A stretch of 64,000 bases of DNA from Narcine bancroftii (taxonomy: Eukaryota), in assembly GCF_036971445.1 (NCBI RefSeq), contig NC_091478.1, positions 19,716,001 to 19,780,000 of the forward strand, read 5' to 3'. Shown one piece after another: positions 61,470 through 64,000 of this stretch. The translations under genes and the position numbers were made by a program. The notes under the pieces were generated by a model. That model did no database searches, was not told the DNA's origin, and saw nothing but the letters and a program-made list of their open reading frames with translations. The stretch's first letter is position 1. Each line of letters starts with the position of its first letter.

Positions 61470-61870
61470 ATTAAATGTGAAAATCTGCAGACACTGTGAC
61501 TGTAGTAAAGATACACAGAAATGCCGGAGGAACTCAGCCAGTCCCGCAGCGTCCATAGGGACGTTTCGGACCTGAGCCCTTCTTCAAGGAATAAATAAAG
61601 AACAGGAAGGCATCAGAATAAAGAGAATGAAGACTAGCAGGGGGAGGCATAGCTCAGATGTTAATTGAATATGATGAGAGGAGAGGTGAGAATTGATTTT
61701 AAGCTCTGTGAAAGAAGTCAGAAGGAAAAGGGAGACAGAGCTGGGGGAAAGGCGATAGGGGGAAGAAGAAGGTGGGAGGCGGTAATGGAAACCCAAGAAG
61801 TCGATGTAAATACCATCTGGTTGGAGGGTGCCCAGATGGAAGATAAGGCATTGTTCCTAGCTTGCCTATA
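61470..61870 (-). mobile_element. Penelope-like terminal repeat with hammerhead-like motif
   Basis: Minus strand: HLGTLQPDGIYI (ORF end), then CCTTGAAGAAGGGCTCAGGTCCGAAACGTC and CTGAGTTCCTCC.GCATT..GTGTCTGCAGA. Confidence 0.8.
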
Positions 61871-64000
61871 ATCTCTGCAGTGGTACCCCATCTACCTGTG
61901 CTTTGTGCATCAGTTCTCCATCTAACTAGTCACTGAATATTATATTTTTCATGAAGGCTTTCACTCCACATGGCTGGCCCTTACAGGGAGGTGCCCAGAA
62001 AACCACAGTGACATCCAAGAGCACACAATTCCTGTTTGAATACCACTCCCACAAACTTGGCCCAGCATTGTGGGCCAATGGTGTAGACACAATCCTTTGC
62101 AATAAATATGACCTGTTCAGTCAGTCTTACAGGTCCAACATTGTGGAGATTGACTATTGGAGCGTCTAATTGCTAGAATCCCTTTAATCCTGCACATACC
62201 CCATGCTGCTGGTCATAGTTGAGCCCCTTACCTTTGCACCCTAATCTAATTGTGACCCTAATGGTTTCCAGGTATCGAAACTGGGAATCGAGAGGGGGCT
62301 GAGGGTAAGAAGGGGCCCTGGGCACTGAATGCTTCCTTGTTGGAGCTCAGGTTGAACTGAACTGGAGCCTGTGCAGCTGCAGAAACTGCAGGATTGCTGG
62401 AGGCGAATCCATGGACACTCAGTGACACTGGGGTCTTTTTTGTTGCTTCTCTTTCTCTGGCTATAAGGGGTGCCGGGCAATGCTAATAGCGAATCATTGT
62501 TTGCCTTATGGGCGACTAAAGGCAATTTTGTGCAATTACATTTCTGTTTTATTACATGACAATAAATAATATCTGATCTGGTTTCTGCTCTGATCTGATC
62601 TCTCCCAGAACTAGATTGTGAACCCAGACAGTGATGAAAAGCATCGCTTCCCCCTGGCAATTTCTGAGGTCCCAATTTTCTGTAGTGAGGAAGGTCCCAT
62701 CCCTTTCCATTACAGACCCAAACCTCTCTTCATAGTAAACCAACTCGCTGATAAATGTTCCTGTTCACCCCTGACACTGCCCATCCCACTAACAATTAGT
62801 GGAGCAGTGTTTCCCAACTTTTAATGGACTAAGGCCCACCTGGCTTCCAGCCTAACATGCCATGGCCCACAAGTGGCAATGACTCATCAATATTTTCAAG
62901 TCAAAGGCAGCTTTGTAAGAAATATATCTATCTAATTTAAAGTATTTTATTGAACGTTTTTAAAGACCCACATAGGAACACACTGTGGCCCACCAGTGGG
63001 CCATGGCCTGATACAAATCACCACCTTTGGGCTAAATTAGCTAATAAACCTGTGCATATTTAATTTTTTTGCATTACCATTTTACTATAGAGGTGCATCC
63101 TGTATCAATTTGACCACGTTCTTCAGTCCATAAAGGGCAACTAATTCATTTTGGGTACTAAATATATTTACAGTTTGAAGTGTTTATTTTACCAAATACT
63201 TCCCTCTCAAGATCAGTATTTGAAGTTAATTAATTTATAAGCCACAATCAATTTGGGCTAAAAAAAATTCTCACATTTATTATAATTGCCAGTAGGTGAA
63301 TAATAGAAAAATAAGAAAACAAATCAGCTTGTGATTTGTTAAAGTATGGTTCTGTAGAAGAACATTGACAATGTGCCCATGTGTCCTATAGAAGGGTCCA
63401 TTCCAGGGGGAAGATAAAATACTTGTCCTGCATATGTATTGTTTGTCTGTATGTGTGTAATGTCTGGTTGTGTGTCTGCGTGTTTTGCACCAAGGACCGG
63501 AGAACGGTGTTTCATTGGGTTGACAATAAACTTGAGTTGACTCCTGGCCTGTGCTTGTCTTGTCAGACATGAAAGATGCTAATGCTTTTCACTGGAGTTT
63601 CCCTCCTCAGGGATTTAGGGATACCCTACACCCAGTGTGCAGGGAAGGTTCATCGGATGGCAGGTATTCTGGAGCTCGATCTGTAACATCAAAAAGGGAG
63701 GACAAGCAGGCTCTGATGTTTTCTAATGCTGCACATGAGAGAAGTGGGGAGGAGGAGAGATATTCTGTTTCCATGGGGACCGGCAGCCTCCAGACATATA
63801 CTGTAATGATCGAAGGAACAAATAGGTGTGGAGATTAATGGAAGGAGTCAAGCTCCTCCAACCTGGATCTGATGCTACAAGTTCGATAGCCTTACATTCA
63901 TGTTGAAGGTCAGAGAATGTGTCATCAAAAGCCACATCCCTGTAACTGCATCACAATCCACAGCATCTGCTCAATGCATCACACCCCATCACTCATCGAC

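Noticed and set aside
35100-64000. A further host gene upstream of DUSP5
   Set aside because: No exon with recognisable host-protein homology and no other CpG island found; small exons or lncRNAs cannot be excluded by eye.

Overview
Repeat-rich vertebrate genomic DNA. The repeat complement (V-SINEs, Penelope-like, CR1, Rex1/Babar, RTE, L1/Tx1) suggests a cartilaginous fish, probably a ray; this is an inference. Two host genes are supported, both on the minus strand. The first is a complete four-exon DUSP5 orthologue (CDS 33790-33427, 29608-29448, 22058-21839, 19762-19368; 379 aa; all introns GT-AG and in phase) with a TATA/CArG promoter. The second, downstream, is the CpG-island promoter and 15-nt first coding exon (MYIKQ) of SMC3, which reproduces the human DUSP5-SMC3 gene order; the rest of SMC3 lies left of the window. 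Nearly all other ORFs in the track are transposon remnants or noise. The most notable non-obvious signals are: a Ty3/gypsy element whose primer-binding-site position is the reverse complement of its own LTR poly(A) signal; hammerhead-ribozyme-like motifs with U instead of C at core position 3 in Penelope termini; three CArG boxes at an exact 30-bp period upstream of DUSP5; an antisense solo LTR just inside SMC3 intron 1; and two RTE insertions with twin-priming-type 5' inversions. I cannot claim a new multi-gene system. Repeat family names come from recognised motifs, not from database searches, and repeat boundaries without TSDs are approximate.
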